From positions 42,470,001 to 42,534,000 of the forward strand of contig CM060734.1 of NCBI GenBank assembly GCA_030704615.1: 64,000 nucleotides of DNA, written 5' to 3'. Positions 21,741 to 34,160 of this stretch are shown piece after piece. How positions within the stretch are numbered: the stretch's first letter is position 1; every line of letters begins with the position of its first letter. Origin of the DNA: Takakia lepidozioides (taxonomy: Eukaryota; Plantae; Bryophyta). The translations under genes were made by a program, and so were the position numbers. A model generated the notes under the pieces. That model saw nothing but the letters and a program-made list of their open reading frames with translations, was not told where the DNA came from and ran no database searches.

Positions 21741-22630
21741 TGTCGCGCGGCTTTTACTCACCCATCCCTTCGCTATCCGAGGCGGAAACTCCAAGATAGA
21801 AGAGTTGGAAATCTCTAAGTACTCAGCCCGCGCAGAACAATCAGTCATGACCTACAGCTAGTGTATCATGGGGGTGTTTCCTATTTGTTTCCCTTTTCGC
21901 ATTCATCTTTGGCTACCTTACCATTGATAATTACGTATTAGTTTCCTTCACTCCTCCATTCAATCCACAGCTTCACTCAGATCTCTCTACACAGTGTGAT
22001 TGTATCGTATAAATATCAGATTATGATTTATCAGGTATCAGGCCGAAGCCATTGTATCTCTATTCTCCTCTACAATATCCCTACGGCTTTGCATCTAACA
22101 CGCATCTACTAATCCTCCTTCATCGTGCTCTCCGATCTCCGCTTCCGCCTGACTCCCAAGTCCTCCCCGAATAATCCTCTCATCATAATCCCCGTTCTTC
22201 CCTTTATCCTCCTATCCGCGGTTCTAACCGTTTCCCTCTCTAACCGTCGTATGTGAACTAACATGTTCCCTTCTCTGGTGTTGTTCCCCACAGTCGTTCC
22301 CTGTCCTACTCTTCGTTCCCTATTATCGTGACAGCTGTGTCAAGCGGTGACTGGCTGTGTTTGGCTGTGTCGGGCTGTGACTGGCTGTGTGGCTATGCCG
22401 GGCTGTGACTGGCTGTGTGGGCTGTGTCTGCTGTGACGACTGTGACGGGCTGTGTGGGCTGTGTGGGCTGTGACGACTATGACGGGCTGTGTGGGCTGTG
22501 GGTTGTGTAACCCCCTTCTACAGTGCTCTGCTGTCACCCCTAAGGTTCCTGTTTGTCACAGTCTGTGCAAAAATTAAGGGTACCCTACAGATCCCGTATA
22601 AGTGTCTAAGTCCCCTACAGTCCTCTAACA
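21741..22630 (-). repeat. Shared middle LTR (890 bp)
   Basis: TGTCGCG...CTAACA, flanked by the PBS of copy 1 and the PPT of copy 2 (22631-22647). Confidence 0.95.
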
Positions 22631-25600
22631 TTACCCCTTCCCCCCTCAAAAGCCGTGTCCTCACGGTTTTTACTGTTTTCGATAGCAACCTTTGTGAGTG
22701 ATCACTTTGTTGACGTTGGAGTTTCGTGGTGGGCTGTGTGTACGAGCCCGAGGTCTGTCTCTGGTTGATGGAGATGGTTGATTACTACCTGGATAAGTGA
22801 GGCCTTCTGGAGGCTGATATCGAGGTAATCTTTCCGGCAGAGGAGATCCCCTTTGTTTCTTCGCTTCCATCTGAATTGTATAGTCTTCTTCCCCATGTCA
22901 AAAGAATTTTGTGAAGAACCAGTTGTATCAGAATCGTCATCGCCTCTTAGGTGTTTTAATTTTCGAACTTTTTGTGGAATCATCTGGGGCATACAATCTG
23001 TTCCTACCATGTCTGGAAGTTTGCATTTTACAACCTGGTGCAACCGTTGAACAGCAAAATTGGTGTAGACACTGAGCTCCTTGTCTGTCCAATGAGTGGG
23101 GTACCAATTACTGGTGCCCGCGTGCAAGTATTTCCCATGCGATATGTCCCTTATAGAAAATGTCATCAAGTCCGAATTTCTTCTGTGTTGACAATTGTTG
23201 CAGGCTGCTTGAAACCATGAACGAATTTTGAGAATCCTTCTGTATCATAACCTTTTTGGGTCATATAGGTACATATGAGGTGGCACCGAAGGTAATACCC
23301 AATGATCTCCACTGGAGTAACTTTGAAAGCGTGCTTGCATCTTTTTGTTCTCAATGTGGTAACGTATCAGAAAACAAGCAGCGTAGTATAGCCCGCACCC
23401 CATGACAATACTTGCTATCTCCTTGGTTTGTATAAATGAGTCCATGTACAACCTGGAAAGCAACCAATTCCCTCAACATTGTACCTGCCTCGTGCCAGTA
23501 TTGTGCAAAGTGATGATCTTCAATATGTCGATTGTTTGGAAGAACTTTAGTCCTGGTTGCCACTGGCAGCCAAATACGCATGATTTGGTAGTAATGTGCG
23601 AATGACTGCGGAGGACTAAATTCTTTCCAAGCCAAATCCAACATGAATGGAATTTGGTTGAAGGGCATAATCATAGCCCTACTGTACTCCCTGGCAGCTG
23701 GAGTTTTAGGTGGGTTAAAAGCTGCATTGCCCCATACCTCCGGCTGTGGTGGCTGTGGTGTGGTTGTAGTAACCACAGGTTCAGTTACTGGTACACTGAC
23801 CTGTTGTGGTGGTGGTGGTAGTGGTTCCTGTACCATTGGCATCTCTTGCACCTCCTGTGAAGACTGAAAAGCCAGAGTTCTGGCTTTCAAATAAGAAGCC
23901 ATTAGCTGTTCCCGAGGGATATAGACTCTTTGGTCGATGTTTGAAGTGAGGTCTTCCACTTGAGTCTGGAGTCCGTCTACATCCTCTTGTAACTCTGCTA
24001 TCCTACTATAGACATTGTCTATAGTAGTTGTGGCAATGTTCTGCACCTGCAGTCTAAGCTCATTCATCTCGCTTTGGGTGAGCTTCCGTGGGGCTTTGCC
24101 TTCTACTGGCCCTTGTGCTAGCCAGACCTGCATAAGGCTATTATCCACCAAGCTGCTTGTGGTTCCCCTGAGAGTTTGCTCCTCTCTTAGCTTATACAAT
24201 TCCAACTGCTGTTGTAAATCCTTCATGCGCTTCGCCTGTGGCTCAACCAATTGCGCATAGGCAACAAGTAGATTATTGGCTTCTTTCGAAGCCTTGGTAC
24301 TGATTGAGATTTCATTTCTATTGGCCACGATGTTTTGTTGCAACTCCACGATGTATTTCTCATTCTCAGCTTCCATCTGCCTGTATTGCTTGAGAGTATC
24401 TTCATTGCGACAGATTGTATTCTTCATATCGACAATGAGCTTCATGTGCTCCGCATTCTCTTCTTCTGCCTTCGTACATTTTTCCGCTTGACTGTTTATT
24501 TCTTTGTTGATTGGTCAAGCATAGTTGTAATTGTAGCGCATTGTATTGCCATCCTGTTATGCACTCTTTGCAACTCCGTATGTAGTGCATTCAGTTCTTG
24601 CAACTTGCTTTCATGCTGCACCTGGCCAGGCATAACTCCAATTTATGCAAGTGCTCATTCTTAGAGCTGTACACACTGAAATCATCCAAAAACACCTGCA
24701 TGAAATCATCCAGATACTCTTGAAAAGATTCACTTATCACTCTCTGAAAGGTCGCTGGTGCATTACAAAGTCCAAAGGGCATGACTTTGTATGCATAAGC
24801 CCCCCAGTCTGTGATGAAAGCTGTTTTCCCTTGGTCTTCTTCTGCCACTTGCACTTGATTATAACCACTGAAGCCATCCATGAATGAGTACATCTCATGG
24901 CCTGCCACAGTGTCTAATACTGCTTCTGTGAATGGCAAAGGGAAAGGATCTTTCTTCGTACAAGCATTCAGCTTCTTATAGTTCACACATACTCTTAGTT
25001 TGCCATTCTTCTGGGAACTATAACAATGGGTGACAACCAAGTTGTATACTCTATTGGGTATATAAACTTAGCCTCAGCCAACTTCTTTATCTCTTCTCCA
25101 ACCTTCTGTGCGTAGTTGGGATTCATTCTATACCTCGCCTGTTTGATTGGCACTGACCCTGGTTCCAGTTCAATTTTATGCTGACAGACTTCAGGTGGTA
25201 TCCCTTTTAGATCCTCATAGCTCCAAGCAAATACATCTCTGTATTTGATGAACAAGCTTTTAGCTTCTTCGAAGAATTCCGGCTCCAAATCAGCTCCTAC
25301 TTTCACCATCCTTGGTTCCTCCGGAGTTCCCACATTTACTTCTCTCACCTGCTCATCAGCTGTGATTGTCCAACCAGTCACCACTTCATCCTGTAAGCTC
25401 ACAGTGGCTGGTTCTTCTAGGATTTCTATTTCTCCTTCTCTTTCTTCATAGAAATGTGATGGGTAAATGCTGGTTTCTTCTTCTTCGTTGGTGTTGCTGT
25501 CACTACACCACAGCAGATACCTCTCAAACAACTTAGGCTTTCCAGCCGCATCTCTGCAACTGCTCCCACTCTGGGTGTGCAGCAAATAGGGTAGCTTCCT

Positions 25601-28600
25601 GCTCCTCATCCAGTCCTCCCCTCCAGTCATACTCTCTGACTCCTCGAGGTCTTCTTGTAGCAGGTAATCTACTAGATTTCTTTGTGGTAATTTGTATCTC
25701 GTGCATCCCATTATGCACAGTTAGTAACTGAGAATTCCAGTCATGGAATACCCTGGCCTGTTTCAGCCACGGACGTCCCAATAATAAGGAATAAGCCTCC
25801 ATGACTTCATCCATTTTTAATACAGTTACTGTGATCAGAAAGATCATTTTCTGTATCTGTATCTTAACTCCTCTTATTAATCCCAATGGCTGTACACTTC
25901 TTTGATCTGCCATTGTTACTGTAAATGGGGCTGGTTTCATGTTACTTAGACCAAGCTTCTTCCTTAATTGGTCTGTCATGATATTTACTCCAGAACCACC
26001 ATCTATCAGTACATCAGTTAGTTCTGTGCTTCCAATTCTCAATTGGATTACTGGCATAGAATCATCAAAGTCCATGACTGGTTCTCGCCCTTCCGGCTTC
26101 ACATTATAACTGGTCACCTTGCTGTTCAGGTCTGTGTTTCCTGTTTCTTGGGCAATTCGATTGATTGCCTGATACAGCCTGTGCCTACAATAAGGTGCCA
26201 CAGCTAATAGCTGTCCAATGGTAATTTCTGCTTTGGTCTGACATATTACTTCAGCCAAAGTCTCTTCATTACTTTGCATGTCTGCATCTTCTTTTCTCCT
26301 TTCTTCCTCACTCCCTCTTTTTCTCCATCCGAATCAGAGGAATCTGCCACAGGAATATCAGTACTCTTTTGCATTTCCCTTATAGTATCTGCCACTTCCT
26401 TGTGCAGTTCCTTCTCATCCTTCCAAGTCTCTTCCTCTTCGGGCATATCATTGCCACTTCCAGTCTCATCTTCTTCCTCTTCTACTGGAGGTATTAGTTT
26501 AGCTTTACTTCTTGTTACTATCATTGTACTTACTTCTGGTACAACACATGGCCTAACCATGTGAGCTGCCACCACTGGGCCCTCATTCACAGGAGCTCTC
26601 ATCTCATTCTGGTGTCTTATCCAGAATGAACAGGCTGCCTTGCGATGTCCTGGCTGATTACAATAGTAACATAGCTCTTCACCATTGGGTCCTCGCCCTT
26701 GGTCTGGTCTTGGATTATTTCTATAATCCTGATTCCCGGGCTGGTAATTCCCCTCGGATTACCCTGATAGTTGCCTCTGGAATTTCCTTGGTAATTCCCT
26801 CTTGAATTACCTCTTCCTTCCATGCCATTGTTATAACCACCAGACCTACCATAGTGGTCCTGATCATTGCTTCTTCTTGGCTGGGGTTGCACCTGATGCA
26901 CCCTCACTTGCCTAGGTTCTCTGGCAGCTGTCCTTCTGTTGTAGTAACAATTCTCAGTAGAATGGTTATCCATTTTACAGATAGTACAGTGTTTCTCCTT
27001 CATGTGGCATTCTGTAGTGGTATGGCCTTCATTCTGGCACTTTGCACACCATACACCCTTCCTCCAATGTGTTGCAGCCTCTGTGGCATACTTCTTCAAG
27101 ATTTCTTCCAATCTTTTCTCATAGTTATCCCTCTTCAACTTTTCCTTTCTCTTACTCTTTCTTTTTAGTTCTTGCTCTTCTTCTTCATCTGACTCATCTT
27201 CAGAGTCCTCATCTTCCTTTTTCTCTCTCCTGAGCATTCCCAATTGCTCAATTCTGTTCGCAGTTTCAAATGCCTCCTCCACTGTATTATGGGGTAACAT
27301 ATCCACTTTCTTCTGCAACTCTGGTCTTAGTCCACTCACAAACCAAGTCTTCTGTAAACCGGGTGCTGGTACTGCAGCCAGCTTTTTCATCATCAATTCC
27401 ATCTTCTCCATATACTCTTCAACAGTTTCATGCTTCTTCTGCTTCAGCTGTTGTAAACTTCCATACACTTCATCCTCAGTTTTACTTGTCCTGAACCTAT
27501 TTCGAAATGCTGTATTCAAGCCATTCCAGGTTAGGAAATGATTATCAGGGAATCTTGCATACCATTCACTTGCTTTCTTGATAAGTGAACAAGGAAACAG
27601 TCTCATCTTGGCATCATCGCCATTCTCATTGTTCACTATACACATGTGCTCAAATTGGCTAATGTGTACATCGGGATCCCCTTTTCCTGAATATATTGGA
27701 AAGGGTGGTTTTGCCCGTGTTGGTTGTAACGCCATCTGTGGCCCTACCTTCTGCCCACTGACAGGTGCTGGCACCCTTGCTGGTGCTGGTCCTTCTGGAC
27801 CTGTTGTTTTTGTGGTGGATCTTCCACCAAGTGGTGGCCCTTGAGCACTCCCTGCTTCTGGCCCCACGATATTCACAGTATTCCCAGCTTCAGTTGCACT
27901 ACTTCCCACACTCCCTGTCCCCCCAGAGCCAGATCCAGGCAGCCCGCCTGATCCCCCTGAGCCGACACCTTCGTTGGCCTGTGATCCAAGTGCTCCACTT
28001 GATCCAGGTCTAACGGGTTGGGATGTCCTGGTTGTAGTCTCAACCTCAGCTGTTGGGTCTACTTCTTCATATTCTTCCTCTTCCAATTTCTTCTCTCTGT
28101 TTTCATCATTCAAGTTCTGCCCTTGGGTTTCTTCTTCACTCATGTAACTCAACTGTAATGGTGTTGGAGAGTCTGAACTCTCCGTTGGCTCTGCCACATC
28201 CTCATCTCCTTCTTCATCTTCTGCTTCAGAAACTGGAGTTCCTGCTTTTGGTGTTCCATGCCAACTTTTATCAAAGATTTCTGTCAAATCTTTTATCCAA
28301 GGATGTACCTCAGATCTTTCACCTCTTGATTGATCTTCTTCCTGTACCAATTCCCTTAATCTTTCTTGCAAAGAAACAGAAGGAGTGGCATCCAACTCTA
28401 GTTCTTCCGGTATAGGTGATGCACTTTTTGATCTTGATGGTGTGAGAGGTCCAGATGATTCCCCTATGTCTATTCCTCTCTCCCAAAGATATGGATAATT
28501 AGCTTTCAGATAGCTTTCCCTTTTTAATGAATATCTTTGTCGTCTAGCTTCTCTTTCATCACTCATGTCCCATGTCTTTCATTTCTTTTTAATGTGGCAA

Positions 28601-29176
28601 TAACCAAAACTCTCTTCTGTAATATCTCTCGTATATGCCTGGATTTCTTTCAAGCTTCAATGCACCCTTGGCTATACTTGAAGTCTCCGTTACCATATAA
28701 CCATATGGCAAACAAGTCTGAAAAGCTGTTCTTGGTGTGAGTTTGATCCACAAAATATCCTTTGGAATCCAATTCTTTACCAGTACAAGCTCTTCATGCA
28801 TATGAGTATAAACATTCACCTTTCTTTCTTCCCAGCCTTCAAACTCTACTCGTTTAATGGATAGCAATGCTATCACATAAACCAATGTTGGTAACCAACG
28901 TGCTCTTCCTCTACAGGCTACTTGATAAATCTTTATCACTCCTTTCTCCAGACCCCATTCTGGATCAGCATCATGCACTCGTTTAAGAATATTTTCTTTA
29001 CATCCGTCTGGCAATTCCAAGAACCTTTGAAAGAACTGTTTGGACAATCTTTCTTCCTTCGTTTCACAGGGAATTTGATTCACTTCAAATTCTTTAATGG
29101 TCCAACCACCATGATCCCACCAGATGCCTGTCACATCTGGTTGTTCATGTCCCAGCTCCCCAGTATGGTCGCCAAA
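22631..29176 (-). mobile_element. Second internal region, lacking RT C-terminus, RNase H, integrase and half of the extension
   Basis: Near-identical to 10356-21740. The junction at 24624/24625 joins the equivalents of 12346 and 17194. Confidence 0.93.
26617..28566 (-). CDS. gag: gag (copy 2, 649 aa open)
   Basis: Same motifs as copy 1; open across the site where copy 1 shifts (about 19967). Confidence 0.9.
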   Translation of the reverse strand: MSDEREARRQRYSLKRESYLKANYPYLWERGIDIGESSGPLTPSRSKSASPIPEELELDATPSVSLQERLRELVQEEDQSRGERSEVHPWIKDLTEIFDKSWHGTPKAGTPVSEAEDEEGDEDVAEPTESSDSPTPLQLSYMSEEETQGQNLNDENREKKLEEEEYEEVDPTAEVETTTRTSQPVRPGSSGALGSQANEGVGSGGSGGLPGSGSGGTGSVGSSATEAGNTVNIVGPEAGSAQGPPLGGRSTTKTTGPEGPAPARVPAPVSGQKVGPQMALQPTRAKPPFPIYSGKGDPDVHISQFEHMCIVNNENGDDAKMRLFPCSLIKKASEWYARFPDNHFLTWNGLNTAFRNRFRTSKTEDEVYGSLQQLKQKKHETVEEYMEKMELMMKKLAAVPAPGLQKTWFVSGLRPELQKKVDMLPHNTVEEAFETANRIEQLGMLRREKKEDEDSEDESDEEEEQELKRKSKRKEKLKRDNYEKRLEEILKKYATEAATHWRKGVWCAKCQNEGHTTTECHMKEKHCTICKMDNHSTENCYYNRRTAAREPRQVRVHQVQPQPRRSNDQDHYGRSGGYNNGMEGRGNSRGNYQGNSRGNYQGNPRGITSPGIRIIEIIQDQTKGEDPMVKSYVTIVISQDIARQPVHSG

Positions 29177-29284
29177 TGTCGCGCGGCTTTTACTCACCCA
29201 TCCCTTCGCTATCCGAGGCGGAAACTCCAAGATAGAAGAGTTGGAAATCTCTAAGTACTCAGCCCGCGCAGAACAATCAGTCAT
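28589..29284 (-). CDS. Extra ORF upstream of gag (231 aa, unknown function); frameshifted copy at 21153-21848
   Basis: Open from an ATG inside the LTR, through the PBS, to 22 bp before the gag ATG. Non-repetitive composition. Confidence 0.55.
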   Translation of the reverse strand: MTDCSARAEYLEISNSSILEFPPRIAKGWVSKSRATFGDHTGELGHEQPDVTGIWWDHGGWTIKEFEVNQIPCETKEERLSKQFFQRFLELPDGCKENILKRVHDADPEWGLEKGVIKIYQVACRGRARWLPTLVYVIALLSIKRVEFEGWEERKVNVYTHMHEELVLVKNWIPKDILWIKLTPRTAFQTCLPYGYMVTETSSIAKGALKLERNPGIYERYYRREFWLLPH

Positions 29285-30068
29285 GACCTACAGCTAGTGT
29301 ATCATGGGGGTGTTTCCTATTTGTTTCCCTTTTCGCATTCATCTTTGGCTACCTTACCATTGATAATTACGTATTAGTTTCCTTCACTCCTCCATTCAAT
29401 CCACAGCTTCACTCAGATCTCTCTACACAGTGTGATTGTATCGTATAAATATCAGATTATGATTTATCAGGTATCAGGCCGAAGCCATTGTATCTCTATT
29501 CTCCTCTACAATATCCCTACGGCTTTGCATCTAACACGCATCTACTAATCCTCCTTCATCGTGCTCTCCGATCTCCGCTTCCGCCTGACTCCCAAGTCCT
29601 CCCCGAATAATCCTCTCATCATAATCCCCGTTCTTCCCTTTATCCTCCTATCCGCGGTTCTAACCGTTTCCCTCTCTAACCGTCGTATGTGAACTAACAT
29701 GTTCCCTTCTCTGGTGTTGTTCCCCACAGTCGTTCCCTGTCCTACTCTTCGTTCCCTATTATCGTGACAGCTGTGTCAAGCGGTGACTGGCTGTGTTTGG
29801 CTGTGTCGGGCTGTGACTGGCTGTGTGGCTATGCCGGGCTGTGACTGGCTGTGTGGGCTGTGTCTGCTGTGACGACTGTGACGGGCTGTGTGGGCTGTGT
29901 GGGCTGTGACGACTATGACGGGCTGTGTGGGCTGTGTGGGTTGTGTAACCCCCTTCTACAGTGCTCTGCTGTCACCCCTAAGGTTCCTGTTTGTCACAGT
30001 CTGTGCAAAAATTAAGGGTACCCTACAGATCCCGTATAAGTGTCTAAGTCCCCTACAGTCCTCTAACA
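29177..30068 (-). repeat. 5' LTR (892 bp)
   Basis: TGTCGCG...CTAACA; PBS at 29157-29174; followed by TSD GGTAT. Confidence 0.95.
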
Positions 30069-31899
30069 GGTATGTGTCATGGCTTGTGGAGAGCAACTAA
30101 ATGATTGTTAGTACTCATTTCACTATCAATCTAGGGTTAAGCAAGCTCAAGTGTGGATGTTGTGGAAGAGAAGCCAAGGAGCTACATAGGCTTGGGCTTG
30201 AAGACAACAAGGGCAAGCACTTGGAGAGCATTAGGAAGCTCAAGAGATTTGAAGGGAAGCATATAGTTGAAAATTCTATCCATGATGATGTGAAACCAAG
30301 CCTAGAGCATTGAAGAGCTTGGAGCACATGTGGGAGATCATTGGAGGTGGTCTTCATGAAGAAAAGAGATTTGTGGCTCAAGGCATGCATAGCAACTTCA
30401 ACCATAGACTAACATGTGACAAGACAAAGAAGGGGAAGGCGAAGCTCATGTCACTACAAGAGATGAGCGTTTTTAGGACTACGGCTTTGGCGGAGTCATA
30501 AAAACTGCACTAGATATACGACTACAGACCGCTGAAATGCGTTGCAATCATAGTTTTATCACTTTGTAGTAATGGATATCACTACATGACTCTGGAAAGT
30601 TAGGGAGCATTGGTCAAACATTGTTGACCATGATGACAGGGATGGTTTATATGACTAGTGTGATATGTTTGACTACACGTGGACGACGTTTCATGGAATC
30701 TTATGACTCCATGACTGAAGATGGTTTCACAGCTCTAATTATATGACTACATCACTACACGTGTCATTTTGAAGCCACATACACGAATGTATTCATCCAT
30801 TGGATGAGTTCATCCACAACATGACCTGGCATGTAAACTTATGACTGCCTAAGTGCAGGTTGTTTCATAACCCTATATATATGACTACATCACTACATGT
30901 GTCATTTTAAAGGCATTTATATGATTCTATTACTACACGTGTCATTTTGAAGGCATATACATGAATGGATCCATCCATTGGATGAGCTCATCCATCCATG
31001 TTTACCACAAATTCCTATCAGCTTTGAATATGTGTGGGGATTTGACATCTCTTCAATAAATTGGACCTGGATGGACGTGGCTTAACAAACATCGCAAGAT
31101 ATATGAGATTAAGATACGCAATGGTCATGGTTGTACATGGAAATTATTTTGAATCGATAGATTGTATAAGATCTAACGGTCTAGATTGTTTAAGATCTAA
31201 CGGTTTAAGATTAGGTATATCGAACTTCATGAGCAAATTCGCTTAAGTCCGGGCTGAGAGTTTTGGCAGATGCAACAATAGAAGGGGATGATGATGGTAG
31301 TAGGATTTTAGCCTATGACCACTAGAATTAATCAAAGTGCAAAAAGTTAATTTTTTTTCAAAAAGTTGCTTATAGGGTTTGCAAAAGGTTTAAAAAAATC
31401 AAAAAGTTGCTTATAGGGTTCCCTGAACAAAGGCCTAGGACTTGGGCTTTTTTTTTTCTCCTGCGCCTGCGAGAGATGTTGTGTCATGGAACGTGATGAT
31501 GCTGGAGCGTGGGATGGAGGCTTTGCAGACCTACTCACTCTTGAGCAAATGAAGGAGAAGAGGAGGAGGAGACGAGACAACTCCGACATCATCCGACATC
31601 TCTCGTACTCTCGTCGAGGAGGAGAAGCTCCCAATATTCTTGCGAGCTCGCCGTTTTTGGGAGAGAGATGAGACGAGGAGAAGCTCGCCGTTCTTGGGAG
31701 AGTCAGCTTGGTCTTAGCAGGTCGTGTTTCAATCTCTGCCTGCTCAGCTGCACCGTGGTGGTTCGATCTCGCATACCAATCTGACATCACCTAACTACAG
31801 ACACAAGCAGCACACACAAGAGGTCCTTTTGGGTTGATGGTCGGTCAAATCCTCCATGGGTCATGACACAAGGTCAAGAACAATGTGGTGAGGGCACCT

Positions 31900-34160
31900 T
31901 CTTCTTCAACCTATTTCAGCCTGTTTTGCCCTCTCATCAGACTTGGCCCTGAGATGCATATTGAATCCTGTAAGTTAGCTTGTTGGGCGGATCTGTGGTG
32001 GTTTAGAGTGACTTTGACAAGTTGCTGCCGATGTAGCAGCAGGAAAGTATCCAAAAATAAGTAACAGAGATGAGGAGAAGCTTTGGAATGAACACTTTTC
32101 CGACCCCAGTCAATGGCGGGACAATGGAGACAAAAAGGTGAATGTCTGTTGGACTATACTAGAGAGAAACAGATGCAATTCAGAATTGGAACTACTGTAA
32201 TAATTAGGGTTGGGGTGTTTGCTGGAAGAACTTCACGCCGTCAGTGTTAGCTGCTTACATCAAGTATTCATGATTTGTACACAGGCAGGGATAGCTCAAG
32301 GACCAGGGATAGAGGTCCAGATTCATCCAAGAAAGCCGGATTTCAAACACAAGATTACTTCTGATTCCCTGTGGATCAACAGCTACAAGACATCTGCTAA
32401 TGAGAAGATGGTCTGCTAATGACGGCACCTTCTTCAACACATTTCACCCTGTTTTTCCCTCTTATCAGAATCGGCCCTAAATTTTCATGTTGAATTCTGC
32501 AAGTTAGCTGGTTGAGTGAACATGGGATAGTTTGGAATGACTTTGACATGATACTGCCAATGTGACAACATGAAAGTATCCAAAAAAAGGTAACAGAGAT
32601 GAGGAGAAGTTGTGGAATGAAGACTTTTCTGACCCCAGTCAATGGTGGGACAACCGAGCCAAAAAGGTGAATGTCTGTCATGATTTTGGTCACCAGTCAT
32701 GTTGCGACCCGAGGCCTTGTTTGTCTTGGGCTGACATGCAGGGCAGTGCTGAAAGTCTGGCTTTCCGCTGTAAAAGTAATGAACTTTTCATATTTTGGAG
32801 GTTGTGTGACCTGGTTGGGATTGCATCTTTGTGCAAGATCTTTCTACATGTTCAAGTGTGTGCCGGTTCCTACGAAGCATTGCATCTGATGAGGCCCTCT
32901 GGTGCAGGCTGTAAGTTTTCCTTCCAAAGCATTTTGTCCCCTTGGTTTTGCTGTCTAGGGCTGTGATCATGGCATTTATGCTTCTGATCTCAGTTGCCTT
33001 TGCTGGTCAACAGAGCTAAAGACCTAGATGGTTTTGTGGATTTTTTCAGTTCTCAGGTACATGATGATCTTGTGGTGGTGGATACATCGGTTGCAGACCA
33101 AGTGACAGCATGGCGGCGCAGCCAAAGCATGACTGACGTATATGCTGGTGATCATTGGTGCTCTGGTAGAACCTGTACATAGGTGACGTTTTCTTGTGCG
33201 AGAAGACTGGCAGAGCCCACAGTACTGTTCCTACCTATACTCAGACTTTGCCAACCTCCAATACTCAACCTTTGTGCACGGTTTAGATTCTGAACACTGC
33301 CCCTGCCCTGGTGGACATGTATGCCAAATGTGGGTGCATCGAGGATGCCAAGGGAGTGTTCAACACTATGGCTGAACGAGATGTGGTGTCGTGGAGTGCG
33401 ATGCTTACAGGGTAGGGGGTGCGGGATGATGGGGGAAGGGGGCTCGTTCTTCAATAGCACAGCAGCTACAAGTGGGTAGATGGTCAACTGGAAACAGCAG
33501 TGGCAGCAGTACAATTCATAGAATAAGGTGTTGCTAATGAAGGTACCTTCTTCAACATATTTCACCCTGTTTTCCCCTGCTATCAGAGTCGTCCCTAAAT
33601 TTTCATGTTGAATTCTGCAAGTTAGCTCGTTGGTGGATCTATGGTGGTTTTGGAGTGATTTTGACATGTTACTGCCAATGTGGTCGACAGGAAAGTATCG
33701 AAAAATAGATAACAGAGACTCGAGGAGAAGCTCTGGAATGAATACGTTTCCGACCTCAGTCAATGGTGGAACAATCAAGGCAAAAGGTGAATGTTTTTTG
33801 GAAGCAGACGTAAGTTAGCATAGGAACTAGTGTGATAAGTAGGGTTGGGGTGTTTGCTCAAGCAATTCTAGGCTATCATTCTCAGCTGCTAGCAACAAGG
33901 CGAGGATGTATGCATGATTTGTGCAGGGGCATGGATAACTGAAGGAGCAGGGATAGAGTGTGGGTCCAGATTCATCCAAGAGGGCCGGATTTCAAGCTCA
34001 CCTATGATTCCCTGTGGAAGGATAGGTACAAGAAACCTGCATGGGTCGATGGTCAACTGGAAGCCGCAGCAACAGCGGCACAATTGATCAAATCAGGCAC
34101 TGTTAATCAAGGCACCTTCTTCAACACATTTCATCCTGTTTTTCTCTCTTATCAGAATCG
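31900..34160 (+). pseudogene. Repeated OSB-type PDF-motif exons/introns with a PPR fragment (about 33300-33440)
   Basis: KLWNEDFSDPSQWWDNRAKK, GT..AG intron (e.g. 33787-33969), then IHPRGPDFK...DSLW..YKKPAWVDGQL; [30 protein letters not shown] near 33305. Confidence 0.8.
33057..33220 (+). pseudogene. Captured exon of a SKIP31-like F-box gene
   Basis: After the acceptor TTCTCAG: VHDDLVVVDTSVADQVTAWRRSQSMTDVYAGDHWCSGRTCT, then GDVFLCEKTGRAH. Resembles the SKIP31 region HxCxGxxCxY..DVFxCxxTGxxH as recalled. Confidence 0.7.

Larger units (their letters stand above)
9216..30068 (-). mobile_element. Tandem Ty3/Gypsy non-chromovirus (Athila/Tat-related) LTR retrotransposon, LTR-internal-LTR-internal-LTR
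   Basis: Three homologous TG..CA LTRs; 5-bp TSD GGTAT at 9211-9215 and 30069-30073; order gag-PR-RT-RH-IN; two PBS and two PPT. Confidence 0.95.

Noticed and set aside
24612-24630. Deletion as a spliced intron
   Set aside because: No GT donor at the left boundary on the sense strand; microhomology explains it.
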